In this document: piece by piece, positions 50,201 through 62,540 of the stretch
How positions within the stretch are numbered: the stretch's first letter is position 1
Layout: each line of letters starts with the position of its first letter
From: Balanoglossus misakiensis
Taxonomy: Eukaryota; Animalia; Hemichordata
Length of the DNA stretch: 64,000 bases
Direction of reading: 5' to 3'
Assembly: GCA_040954595.2 (NCBI GenBank)
Contig: CM082579.2
Span: 1,050,922 to 1,114,921 of the forward strand
Translations under genes and position numbers: made by a program
The notes under the pieces: model-generated
Databases searched by the model: none
Seen by the model: the letters and a program-made list of their open reading frames with translations, nothing else
Told to the model about the DNA's origin: nothing

Positions 50201-52836
50201 ATACACAGAGAAATAGTGATGGTCTGGTTGTGAGGCATGCAAAGATGCAAGGATAGAACTAATAACTCACACTCTGTCTTTAATCTCTTTATTCCAGGAA
50301 ACCATACCAAAATTGACCCACACAGACGTGCCAAGCCTGTTGACGTGACTTCTCGACCAACTCAGAGCCGTGACAGAGCTGGCAGCAGAAAAACTGACAG
50401 AAAATGTAAATACTATGGAATGTTTTGTTACTTTCTAATACAATGTTTAATTACTTCTGATAAATCATATTCAAATGGTTGAATTGACAGAATTCTTTGG
50501 GAAATTTGACCCATTTTTTTGTATATCTTTTGACAGACCTACTGGATGGACTGATCCGTTCATCAGATGAGACGACAAGACTGGAAAGATTGGAAAGAAT
50601 TCCGGTAGTAACACCTTTACCATCCATTGGACAGAAACCTGGGAACAGAACTTTCCAGAGAGACACAAAGTCACCCAAACATCGTGACGCTGGTAAATAT
50701 TGCATTGGTTGTTGAGAACTGAAACTTTTTATGTCAGTCAATACACACGATAACTCTTGAGATTATGGTGTATTATGAAAGTCAAGGTAGAATAGATTTC
50801 ATCTGAAGATCTGACAGTTTTTTCATTGTAGCTGTTGTATCCACTTGCAGATAAAGGGGTTGGAAGTGTTAAGATATCATAGAAGCTACAAGGGTACTGA
50901 TGTGAATGTATTCTGTATGTTTTATTCTTTTTTCAAGAAATGGACTTGACACAAAGATACAAGAACCCCTTGGATGACATGACTTCCCCACTGCTGAGAC
51001 AAAGTCAGGACAGAGCCAGCAGAAGAAGGAAGGAAAGATCTTCAAATCGACAATGTAAGTATTATTGAAACTTTCATGAAAGTTACAAACATATGCATCT
51101 TTGTGAGTCAAATAAAGAGTACTTTACTTGCAAATAATGACTCTTTCGTTCCGTTTGCTCTGACAGACCTACTGGATGGATTGATCCGTTCAGATGAGAC
51201 GACAAGACTGGAAAGATTGGAAACAAATCCGGTAGTAACACCTCTTCCATCCATTGGACAGAAACCTGGGAACAAAACTTTCCAGAGAGACACAAAGTCA
51301 CCCAGACATCGTGACATTGGTACGTTTTTTGCTTTGTGTCAGCTTTAAACAGCATGTAATTTGTACACTGACGGTCACAAATGTTAATCCTGAAAGACTT
51401 AGCTCAAAATTTTAGAATACTTTGTGTTGTGTATATATCAAATTACATTCAAACACCTACCCCAACACCTATTAGCTTGCTGTGATGCAATGAGACCTGT
51501 ACATTCCAAAACAGTAAGGAAAGAGCTAAGTAAAGGTGAATAGCTAACGAGGCAGATACTCATTTATTTTTTCCAGGAAATGACATCAAAATTGACGCAC
51601 ATAGACAACCAAGTCAGAGCCATGCCAGAGCCAGCAGCAGGAAAAATGGCAGACAATGTAAATACATCTAGATGTAGTCTCTTCTAATTTAGATATGCCC
51701 ATCATTTTTTGTCCAAAGGAGCTTGTCTCAGTTTTCTCGTAACCATGTTATCTTTATTGACTGCATCTCCAGTATCCAAAACTGTGGCTACCAGTAGAAG
51801 TTGGCATGATAGAGGGTTTGTTGATATATTGATGAAAAGCAATTAAAGTACATGTGGCTCAACCCTTAATACAGTTTAATAAGTGATTGAGGGTAATTAT
51901 ATAGAGAATGGTATATACTAATTTCTTCTCTGACAGACCTACTGGATGGACTGATCCGTTCATCAGATGAGACGACAAGACTGGAAAGATTGGAAAGAAT
52001 TCCGGTAGTTACACCTCTTCCATCCATTGGACAGAAACCCGGAAACAGAACTTTCCAGAGAGACACAAAGTCACCCAGACATCGTGAAACTGGTAAATAT
52101 TGCATCGGTTGTTGAGAACTGAAACTTTTCATAAAAAGATTCAACAGGTGTATTCTTGTTACTAATTCATTGTTGATTCATTTTCAGGAAAACGTAGCAC
52201 AAATAGTGAAAAACACAAACGTGACATCTTAGATGAAATGACATCTGATCTAGTAAAACAGAGCAGAGACAGAGCTATTAGGAGAAGTTTGACACTGAAA
52301 AATGATTACCAAGGTAATTACATCCTTTCCATATTTATCAAGAGAAACCAAAATATATGATATGAAAAGTGAGGACTTTGTCTCCCATTAAGTTTGACCT
52401 GTAGCATCATTGGGCCATCAGTGATATAATAAGATTTGTTGGAATGTGATCTTATTATTTTCCAGATGATTTGATCAGTCGTGACGTCTCAGAGACACCA
52501 TATAAACCATCCTTTGGTGGGAGACCGAACCATAGCTCATGTCGGAAGGAAAAATCTGCATCAGGACATCATAAAACTGGTAGGCAGAGTTTTTAATTCA
52601 CAAGAAGTTTGTGGCTTTAATTTCTTATACCGTGAAACATATTTGACTTCAAAAGTATACAAAAACGTCTGAGCAACTTCAAGATGACTAAGGATCTTTT
52701 TGTTTTATTTATTCCAGGTTTGCTAGACGGTATTGTCAGTAGCCAAAGCAGCAGAGGATATGAAAGAAATAACAAAGTACATGACCCATTATTAAAATCA
52801 CTCTTTGGTGAGACTCGTCGATACAATCCTCACTAG
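34938..52836 (+). CDS. Divergent DYRK1-derived CMGC protein kinase with a very long low-complexity/repeat C-terminal tail
   Basis: Probable first exon 34938-34950 (ATGTCGTCTTCAC|GTAAGT). Kinase exons at ~35745-38159: [101 protein letters not shown]. These track DYRK1A, including the CMGC insert. They are followed by a long run of phase-1 exons to a TAG at 52834-52836. Joining the tail to the kinase is inferred from splice phase. Confidence 0.75.
38173..38203. repeat. (CT)n microsatellite in a kinase intron
   Basis: Directly visible. Confidence 0.9.
42300..46410 (+). repeat. Coding higher-order tandem repeat, 138-bp (46-aa) unit, ~29-30 copies, within one 4374-nt exon (42108-46481)
   Basis: The same phase recurs at 42361, 43741 and 45121 (1380 bp = 10 units). 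Unit: [46 protein letters not shown]. The exon is bounded by TTGCAG| and |GTAATT and its length is divisible by 3. Confidence 0.95.
48080..49380 (+). repeat. Five tandem exon+intron duplicates in the kinase tail
   Basis: Exons 48118-48234, 48419-48535, 48709-48843, 48939-49067, 49236-49364 encode variants of [18 protein letters not shown](LTPS)[21 protein letters not shown]. The flanking intron sequences are also similar. Confidence 0.92.
50537..52092 (+). repeat. Three near-identical duplicated exons in the kinase tail
   Basis: 50537-50692, 51167-51319 and 51937-52092 each encode a close variant of DLLDGLIRS(S)[37 protein letters not shown]. Confidence 0.92.
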
Positions 52837-54624
52837 ATTCCACCTTACCAATCCAAGATTAGTGGTAAGTAGAACATTCAAAGAGTAGTCCATCTCCAAA
52901 GTTTATCACTGTACGATACTTATTGACATTTCTTTAGAGTTGATAGTCATCCATATGTTTTGTAATGAACCATCACACTTGCTGACTGTACCCAGTATAG
53001 TGTTACTAAAAAATTATCTGTGGTTTATGTGAATTTTTTTACAATTTAACATTTTATTGTTTTTCCTTTTTATTGCAGGTATTAGCGTTTGTTATCAATA
53101 TCATTTGATGAAGCCTGCACAGAATGAAACTAGATTCCTTGCAAAGAGTTTGGCAAATGGAACCCTAATGGAAGCAAAATGAATATGCTATGGCAGTATA
53201 AAGATGGTCTGCGGATTCGAGTTTGAACCGGAGGCGAAAACTACCGTGGAAAGTAGCTGATTACAAGAAGGAAAAGATTGGATGTGTTCATCTCTGCTGC
53301 TGCAGGGGTAGATGGTAAACCGTTGGTACCGGAAGCTGGTCAATAACATCCCTCCCCTCCCCTCCCCACTCCCACTTCTACTACCAACTGTTTCGGTTTT
53401 GAAACTTCTATCTCTACCTTGTTGTGCACTACTGAAATAGAGTAGACCGGCTCTGATCTACTTGGATTCATCAGCACCAGAATATATGCCATGATTTAGG
53501 ACGTTTTGCCTCCACCACAAGTTTCATCCATTAGCCGTGGATTGTTTTAAGTGCGTTCTGTGTTCCAACCATATTTGGATTCTGAATTGAGAACATCTTA
53601 TGCTTCAGTTACCATTGCTAATACTGCTTCTCATCATACATCTAGTCTTGGACTCTTATTCATATGAACAAAAAAATGCATCATGTACATCTTCTGATTC
53701 GACCAACCATTGATTAACTATACTGACAACTCATATATTACTAGCCAAACTACCCAATATTTTGCCAATTTTGGAAATGATTACTAGTGAACAAACAAAT
53801 GCAGACTCTGTACATATTACTCTTAAATCTAATAAAATATATACCCGATATTACAAAAGTTGGTAATTCTTGGATGATTCTGCCATAGTATAAAATAATA
53901 ATATAAAAAATGTCAAAAATATGTAAATGATTTCCATCTTTATTGAGTACAATCACACATACACCACTTAAATGTACATTTCATATTATTATAACAGCTT
54001 TGATCTGCAGTTGAGAATTGCATGACCAATTCAAATACAAGCCATATTGTTTTTTCTGGTCAACAACACCTAAAGGGGTTATAGCTGGTACAAAACCTGA
54101 TGCAATTGTTCCTGCAGAAATTTGGGAAAAGTCTTCATAAGAATATATTCACAGACTTCAAACAGTTTCAAAATTAATATTTTTAGCCCCACCCTTGGTG
54201 TCATCAAACGGTTCATCCCTTACAGATATCAGATAGATTTTTATCAGGTGGTGAGGGCGAGCTACAGAACACAATTTGTAATTGTGTGTGATTTGCTACA
54301 ACCACCGCACACTTGCAGAAATGCGACGGATCTGTCTTAGGTCCATGGACAGATCTGGTATTTGAGTTGGTGCGTACATTAAAATGCCCCTCCCCCTTCA
54401 TGTTCTTTGGGGTTCTGCCTTAGTGGTGACCTTTGACCCACAACATATGTCTTAATAACATGCACAGTGAAGTTAGAAGCCGACTTCTATCGGAGATGTC
54501 AATGTCTGGGGACTTAAATGCAATAGCTTAGTTTTTTCCTGTCCTTTGTATACAAATTTTGCCATTTTTCTCTCAACTATGCACGCACGAGCTGGCGTAA
54601 ACGAAATTCTCGCGCATTCCCGAA

Positions 54625-54646
54625 TCTCGCGAGAGTCCGCCATTTT
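54625..54646 (+). promoter_or_regulatory. Housekeeping-type promoter motifs upstream of RBM26/27: TCTCGCGAGA palindrome and YY1-like CCGCCATTTT
   Basis: TCTCGCGAGA at 54625-54634 (BANP/Kaiso-type motif) and CCGCCATTTT at 54637-54646, in a CpG-rich patch ~300 bp before the ATG. Confidence 0.6.
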
Positions 54647-54930
54647 TGCAGTGCTCGCCGCTTCGGAAATGCGTGTGATGTAAAGTACGTTTAATCATCA
54701 TTTTCGTACGACCCTCCAATATTATATCCCTTCCTGTTTAATATAACACTATTTACTTCAAGGGATCACTCTCCTAATAATTTGACAAATTACTGGAGGC
54801 AATTTACCCATGAACAGGTCAAGTTGACAGAAGGAAAAGAGACGCGTGGACACCTCTCATTTATTTCTGGAGAATCAGGTCTGGAATATACACATTTTTC
54901 ACTCCAGAATCTGCAGGTCGTGGGCAGGAA

Positions 54931-57900
54931 ATGCCCGCAATTCAAAACGTTGAGGCTTTAAAAGCCTGGTTGACGAGGCAGTTGGAACCCATGTGAGTAT
55001 TATTTCTATCCTATGCAACATGGCCATTGAACACACTTGCACGCACGTGTAACGACTAACGTTTACCGATGTTTGTTTGTAAACCAAGCACACAGTTCTA
55101 AAGCCTCGATGCTTGGTCGCGCACCTTTCACTCTCATGTAGCGCGCAAGATTCGAAAAAGAGAATTGTTGCAGATAACGACATGTTTACAGTCTTAAAAG
55201 GCGATTTGATTATAGTGAAAACGATCGATGAAGTGATATGAATTACGAAGAAATCAACAAGGATGGACTGAAAACTGGGTCAGTTGCACGACGCACAGTA
55301 GCTGCAATGCAATGGCTTCTTTTGTAGTTGACCGGTCGTTGTTACTGTATGTCATCCTCCTTGTATCACAGAAGTACACATGCGAGCTAAGTTTATACAT
55401 CATGGACGTACCATGTGGTATGTCCATGGTTACATTTCAAAGGCTGATTTTATGGCATTATATCAATGACAATCTTTTTCCACAAATATCTCATTTATTT
55501 TGTAGATGTGATGCGGATCCAGCAGCTTTGGCCAAGTATGTTGTAGCACTTGTCAAGAAAGATAAACCTGAGAGCGAGCTTAAAGCAATATGCGTTGATC
55601 AGTTGGATGTTTTTTTACAAAAAGGTGAGTTCCTTTTTCATTTTGACTTTAATGCATATTCATTCTAATTGCTTGTCTTTTTAAAAAGGCATTATTGATG
55701 TATGAAATAGACATAAACAGACAAGACTTGTTTTCTCTCGTTTCAGATACTGCCAATTTTGTAGACACTTTATTTGAAACATTGCATTCAAAGACGTATG
55801 TACCACAATCTACATCATCATCCACTCTGCCAAGTAACACTTCAACAACTGTCACAAGTAACATCTCAGAGTCAAACTTAAAATCTAAAACAGATGAGGT
55901 AAGTATGCATTGGGTTCTGGAGCCAAGTATCTGCTACATGTATTTTTATATAGTACTGTGTTAAGCAAAAAGTGTATTAAATTTTAGTGTCATTGTAAAA
56001 AGTAGCACTGTGTTGTATCCTTTTGAGTACCAGTATGGGATGTAGCATTAAATTAGTAGAGTTCAGAAAAGTGTCACTGTGTATCCAGTGTTATCGGTAC
56101 ACTTGTATGAATGTGTGTGTGTGTGTGTGTGTGTGAACAGGGCCTTTGTCGATGCTTGTGTGTCTGACAGGTTATTGTTGGGGATATTATTACATAAATA
56201 TACTTGCATTTCTGTGGCAGGTTACTGTTGTTGATGACGACGATCGAGACTTTCGTCGGAAAAGAAGACAAGAGAGTCGTGGTTCTAATAGCAGCAGAAG
56301 TAAAAGTAGGAGTAGAAGTCGCAGTCCTCTGAGGACGATTGACAGGTATGGAATTTTAAACAGATGAAATTTCCTTCCTTTGCTCTTTCACTCACTGAGT
56401 CTTGAACTAAAATGGGAAATAGAAGGGGGCATGCAAGTGTAATAAATACAAAACAAAAAGCTTATTGACATTTGTGATCTTTAACATTCCATATTTAAAG
56501 GCACAGAGATGACAGAAATAAACGGCGCCAAGATGATGATAGAGGAAGAAGAGACCGATTTGACAGATCATACCGTGAAAAAGACAATAGAGGTAAGATT
56601 CATACTTTGAGGTCATCAAAAACTATGGCAATGCTGATTAATGCCTGTATATTTTTTAAGATAAAGGCATGCAATAGCTTGATCTCTGTATTTTACTGAT
56701 ATATTCTCTGCAGGTAGAGGAAAAGATGAAGGTAGACGTGATAACAGATCGAGTCATGGTGACATTGATGAGAGACATGGTGATATTGATGAGAGGGAAC
56801 CATATTCACTGCCTACAGCCACATCAGGTCCACCTGCCCCTGGCTCATCTGTTATCAGTACTGTTAAAGTTGTTTCAAGGCCCGGAAATCTGGACTGGAG
56901 GCCACCGGATAATGGAGCTTTCCAGAACAGGCCCAAAGGTCATGATGGACAGAATGAAAAAATAATGAAGAAACCAAGATGTAGAGATTATGAAGGTAAG
57001 TTTTGCCTAGATCTCAAATTTATGACTGCTTTAATCCTGAATGGTCTTGTTAAAGTGATTTGTGATGTGTTAACATTTTCCTGTAATTTTTTTTTTCAGA
57101 AAAGGGATTCTGCATGCGTGGTGAACTGTGCCCATTTGACCATGGAAGTGATCCGGTGGTTGTTGAGGATATCAACTTGCCTAACATGCTGGCATTTCCT
57201 GGTCCACCAGGACCTCCACCACCAAGGCGACCACCACCTCCACCCCGTGGACCACCACCACCGCCACCTCCTCCAGTTTCACAACCACCACAGATGCCAC
57301 GCGGAATGCTTGGTCCAAGGATGTCACGTCCTCCTCTACCTCCCCATCCACCACCGCAACCCCCTCCACCACCACCGCCACCACCACAGCATTCTGGTAA
57401 GTGGATCATGAAACTCTCCTTAATCCCTTATGCATCAGGTTCAAATTATCAGTGTTCCACTGTAGACCAGTTTCACTTTGCTGTGTGTTTTTGTCCATTG
57501 TCTAATGTGCTCATATACTGAATGTGTCACAAGCCTGTTTCAAAACACTTAGACTCACTCTCTGTTCATTCTCTGATAGGTGTACCACCACCCCAACGTC
57601 ACATGGGACCACGTCAGCCATTAGTGCACGGGCATGGACCAGGGCCAGGAAATGCCAGAAGAGGCACTCCACCACCTCCAGGTACGGTTCCAGCGCAGCC
57701 ATTGCCTATACCAGGAGACAGGCCAAGCAATGCCATACCAACTCAAAGATATCAGCCACCAATACAACAACAAGGCGAGTCTTAACCGTATATGCTTATT
57801 TATATCATTCTAGTGGTACATGTAGGTTGGGAAATGACACAAAGTCCTTTGAGACACGGAGATAGAAGATTAATCTTGTGTTTCTTCTCGATCTTACCAG

Positions 57901-60900
57901 AATCCTTTCAACCAGATGGTTACAATCCAGAGCACCCAGGGATTGATGGAAACATGCCAAATCGATCGTACTGGGGTGGAGGTTCCAGACCCAACAAAAT
58001 ACAAGCAGTAAGATCCAGAGAGCTTGTTCCAATACCTTCCAGCACAGCAGGTTGGTCAATTATCTTTATTATAATGCATTATCTTGTGTTGCCAAAAGAG
58101 TTGTCTATGTATACCCTTACAAAATCAAAGACAAGCCCCCTAGGCCCTATGAAATTGTTTAAAGTGGACACATCATAAAACCATGTGTGCACCTTGATGA
58201 CCTAATGTTTAATGTTGGTAATATGAACTGTATATGAATGTTGTATTTGTGTTCCTAACAGTGTCGAGTGATAACTCCAAAGGGACGGAATCTCAAAATA
58301 ACAAGTCGAAACCGGACGCAGACAAAAGCGAGGAGATCAAGCCAGCAGTGGTGCCACCCCAATCACATGTACTTACAGGTGCAAACAGGACAGTTATTGA
58401 TACCAGGAAAGTTGTCAGTGCGGACAACAGAAAGAGACAGTACAACCAGATGTCATATGGACCACCACCACCACCACATCAGGACCAACCACCACTACAA
58501 CTACAGCCACCACCACACATACAGCAACAGTTCATGCATCATCATCATCACTATCAACAGCAGCAGCAACAGCAGCAAGGAGGGTGGCACAGAAATGTAC
58601 ATAGGGGTTACGGAAACTTTGCAAAGAAACCAAGATTTGATAGCGAGAACACTAAGCTGGAAATCAAGAAAGTTCCCAGAGAACTCAATAACATTACAAA
58701 GTTGAATGAACATTTTTCAAAGTTTGGTACTATAGTCAATTTACAGGTGGGTACATATTATTGGCTTATTCAGGTTTTGCTCTCACCGAGCAGTTATTGA
58801 AGTTTACCACTACGCTTAATAATCACCTTTACATGCAAATGCTGTGAGCCTTGCCTGGCTGCTTTCTTGTCTAGTCTGATGACCACAAAACATTTCTACA
58901 TTCACTCTTACAGGTTGCATATGAGGGTGACCTAGAAGCAGCCCTTATACAGTTTGCTTCACATGAAGAAGCCAAGGCAGCCCATAATTGTGAAGAAGCT
59001 GTGTTCAACAATCGATTCATCAAAGTGTTCTGGCATAGATCCAGAGAACAGGTAAGAAAATTGTGGATTACCCTTCTATCTTTGTAGTAGCTTGGAGCTG
59101 CTTCCTTTCAACCAGTTTCATTGTCTCATTGACCTACCTCACATGTGTTGAGAGTAACAGACAGTAATGTCCCTTTAACCCTCATAGGTCCCATGAGTAA
59201 CACTGACGCTAATGTCCCTTTAACCCTCACAGATGCCAATAGCAACCCAGCCAGGTAATGAAGGTGTTGCAGCAAACACTGGTCCAACTGGACCTGCACA
59301 GAAAGCATCCATAAAGGAAAGACTTGGCATTCCTACCAGAGATCAGTTGACGTTAGTGAAAACACCAGATGCAGAGAAGGTAATTTCACGTCAACCTCAT
59401 ATTCAGGGGTTTGAAATTGAATGTACAAGACTAGACAAGTGGCTTGGGTTTTACATGATCAACAAATCCACAGATAGGTGTGGCAGTTGTATAATGGTGG
59501 GATGCTAGGATCATGCTACAAGTGGTACAATACCTGTGAGAGTAGTCAGAAACTGCTGCTGGAACCTGAGCTGAAATGAGCTAAATTACTGGAACATGGC
59601 TAAGCAAGGATCACGTGGGAAATATTTCCATGCAGGATGCCACATTTTGCAATCCATAACTCGCATCCATCTCTTTGCCTTTCATCCATGCATTCTGCAT
59701 TACATACCAACTCTGATCAGCTCTTGAGCAATTGATCAGTTGGCTTGCCAGAATGCTAGAAAAAAGATTCCTTGAATCAACAGACTTGTATTGATGAGTG
59801 TATGGGTCTGTCAAGACTTGGAAAACAACAAACTTCATCTATCAGCCTGTCACATCAGCTTTGGAAGCATATTATCAGCTTGCCACATCGTATGCATAAA
59901 AACCAAAAACTCAGGCTGTTTTTGTATGTTGAATGTCAACTAACAACATACAGTTATCTTGGATGTAGGGTCATTCTTGTATAACAATCTCCTGGATTGT
60001 AGGGCCATGTCATTACCAGGCATTGAAACATGACGAAGGATGTGAACTAAGACATCATACAAAAGTACAGAAAAAAGCTGTCCATTTCAATTTTTCATTC
60101 CTTTCAATGATGAGATATGATATTGGATGGATCAGTGTGCTGTTCAGTGAAAACTGACGTGTTTGTTTTTTTGGTGCCATTCCCCCACAGGAGGGTGCCA
60201 TGGCAACAAGTCCTAGACTGTCAGTGAAAGAGAGGCTTGGTTTTCCAGTCAGTAGACAAGTGATTTCAACCAGCCAAAATCCTAATGAATCTGAAAAGGT
60301 AAAATTCCCTATGTCGTGGTAATTGACACCCTAAAAAATAAAACAAACTGAATGAATGCGGATTTAATCGCAAATTTATGCAACAGATGGATTAATGTGA
60401 TTGAGATGCAACTTCAGTTAACTGTTATTTACAGTATTACATTACAATGAAGCAGGGCATTGTACCAAAACACTTCTTCAAATTGCAAAACGATTTATGT
60501 AATGATTATATTGTATTTGACAGATCACTCTCCATTCGTCCGGTATTTCCAAGACTGTGTACAATCCCTCAGCAATGAAAGCCAACATCCAGATGGCCAC
60601 ATCTTCGCAGATCACAGCGGCACAGGATGCGCTGAAAAAGAAACTGGAAGAGAAGAGGAATGACGAAAAGAAGAGAGGAGAGATGAGGAAAGATGCTCTG
60701 AAGATGAAACTAGATATACATAAACAGAAACAAGAATTGCTCAGTAAACAGATACAGCACCAAAAGGTATTTATATTGCATGTCCATAACATCAGTAGCC
60801 CATGAAATTATATTTTAATTAGGCATTGCCTAGCTGACATATCAATGTGGGAGACAGTACAAGTCTCTTGAATGCATGTCAATTGTCATTTCCTTCAGCC

Positions 60901-62540
60901 CTGGGTGAATGGCCGAAGTATGTAAATGTTCACTGCTTGAAATTTTCTTTGCTGTTTTTGTTGTTGCTCAGCTCTTGTTGGCCAGATTGGAAAAGAATAA
61001 AAATATGAGTGTTGAAGACAAAGCTTCTCTGATGAAATCCCTCAAGTCAGTCTCTGATAGTATTATGAACATAAACAAAGATCTGACGGAGAAGAAAGTT
61101 GCGCCAAGTGCAGCAAAAACCAAACAGGAGGTAAGTGTGTCTTATGCAGATCATGTCATGTAAATATTTGTGTAATTAGGCGTGTCTTGTGCTCATGAAA
61201 AAAATTGTCTGTGTGCTAGCTATGATAAGATAGCCACGATGTATTGAAATGAGTCTGTGGGTGAAGTTGCTATGCCAACCCCTACTGGTGGTGACCACTG
61301 ACCACACAAAGTGAGACATTCTCTTTGGTTTTTGAACACAGACTGAGAAGGAACTGCTGGACACAGAGTTAGAACTGATCAGCCAAGAAGGTACTGGAGC
61401 TGATACCTCAGATTTGAAACGAAGAGTGTTTGAACTAAGACAAGAGGTAAAGACCATTTTCATAGAATGTTTTGGCTTACTAGATGTTTAATGTGTTATG
61501 TTTGAGTACACTTGGAATGCATGACTTCACCAGAGCAGTCCTCACTGATTGAACTTCCGGCAATTCTTTCTCCTATACTCTGCAGGCACACGCACTTGGT
61601 CTGTTGGACTCTGGGAGAGGCAGAGGGCGAGGCCGGGGTTTCTGGTCACGAGGACGAGGAGGCAGGGGAAGGGGTAGAGGGTTTGCACCACGGGGGAGGG
61701 GGAGACCAAGAAGTGGTACAGTCTTGGACAAGAGGCCGAAAACACTGAATGTGACTGGCTATAGTGTTGAAGAAGCAGAGGAACTACATGAGCATTTTTC
61801 GGTGAGTTGATTCAGGTGCTGATTTAAGAAAAATTACGCTAGAGTCAGATAGTAACAAATACTTGGTTGAAATCAAAATTGAAATCAAGACAGTTGTTGG
61901 AGGTTCTTGTAATATGTTTTTTGCTATTCTTTAACTTTCCCAACACAGCATTATGGTGAAGTTGAGAATGTCGAACACAGTGACGATCAACTGACGACTG
62001 TTATAAGCTTTAAAACCAGGCAAGACGCTGAGGTAAGTCTGATGAAAATGTTCTGTGTTGGTTTTAAGACTGCCTGTCTACAGTACGCCTACTTTTGAAT
62101 AAAAGGTTCATAGCCTACTACAGTCCCTACACTGTTACACTCTATTATTAATTAGTTATTCAACATTTTCCTACTGACATTGCAGGCAGCAGTAGCTGGT
62201 GCCAAGTTCAATGACAAGACCTTGACATTGAGTTGGTATAAACCACCATCAACTCCAACAGAAGAAGTTTTAGCTCTGGATGACACCGAGGATGTGGAAG
62301 ATGATGCAAGTTTTCAGGAGGTATGTACTGAATTGCAAAATGAACATCTTTTTCACAACCAGTATGCACGGGTTGGATGAGTGTGGATTGTTTTTGCGTG
62401 TACTAGACCATCTCATATATGTTCTGTATTTTTGTCATCTCAATCACCAGACAATTGAAGAAATAGATGAAGATTTACTTCTGGGAATTGATGATGAGGA
62501 TGAAGATGATGAATCTGAAGCCAGGTCATGGAGACGGTGA
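54931..62540 (+). CDS. RBM26: RNA-binding protein 26/27 orthologue (PWI, RS, CCCH zinc finger, Pro-rich, RRM, coiled coil, RGG, RRM, acidic tail)
   Basis: First exon 54931-54992 MPAIQNVEALKAWLTRQLEPI. Then CDADPAALAKYVVALVKKDK..DQLDVFLQK (PWI), RSRSRSRSP, RCRDYE.KGFCMRGELCPFDHG (CCCH), LEIKKVPRELNNITKLNEHFSKFGTIVNLQV..VFNNRFIKVFW (RRM), RGRGRG, LDKRPK, and the characteristic end ..EDDESEARSWRR*. Confidence 0.93.
56112..56135. repeat. (TG)n microsatellite in an RBM26 intron
   Basis: Directly visible. Confidence 0.9.

Noticed and set aside
57050-57409. Gly-rich antisense ORF
   Set aside because: Mirror of the poly-Pro exon of RBM26.
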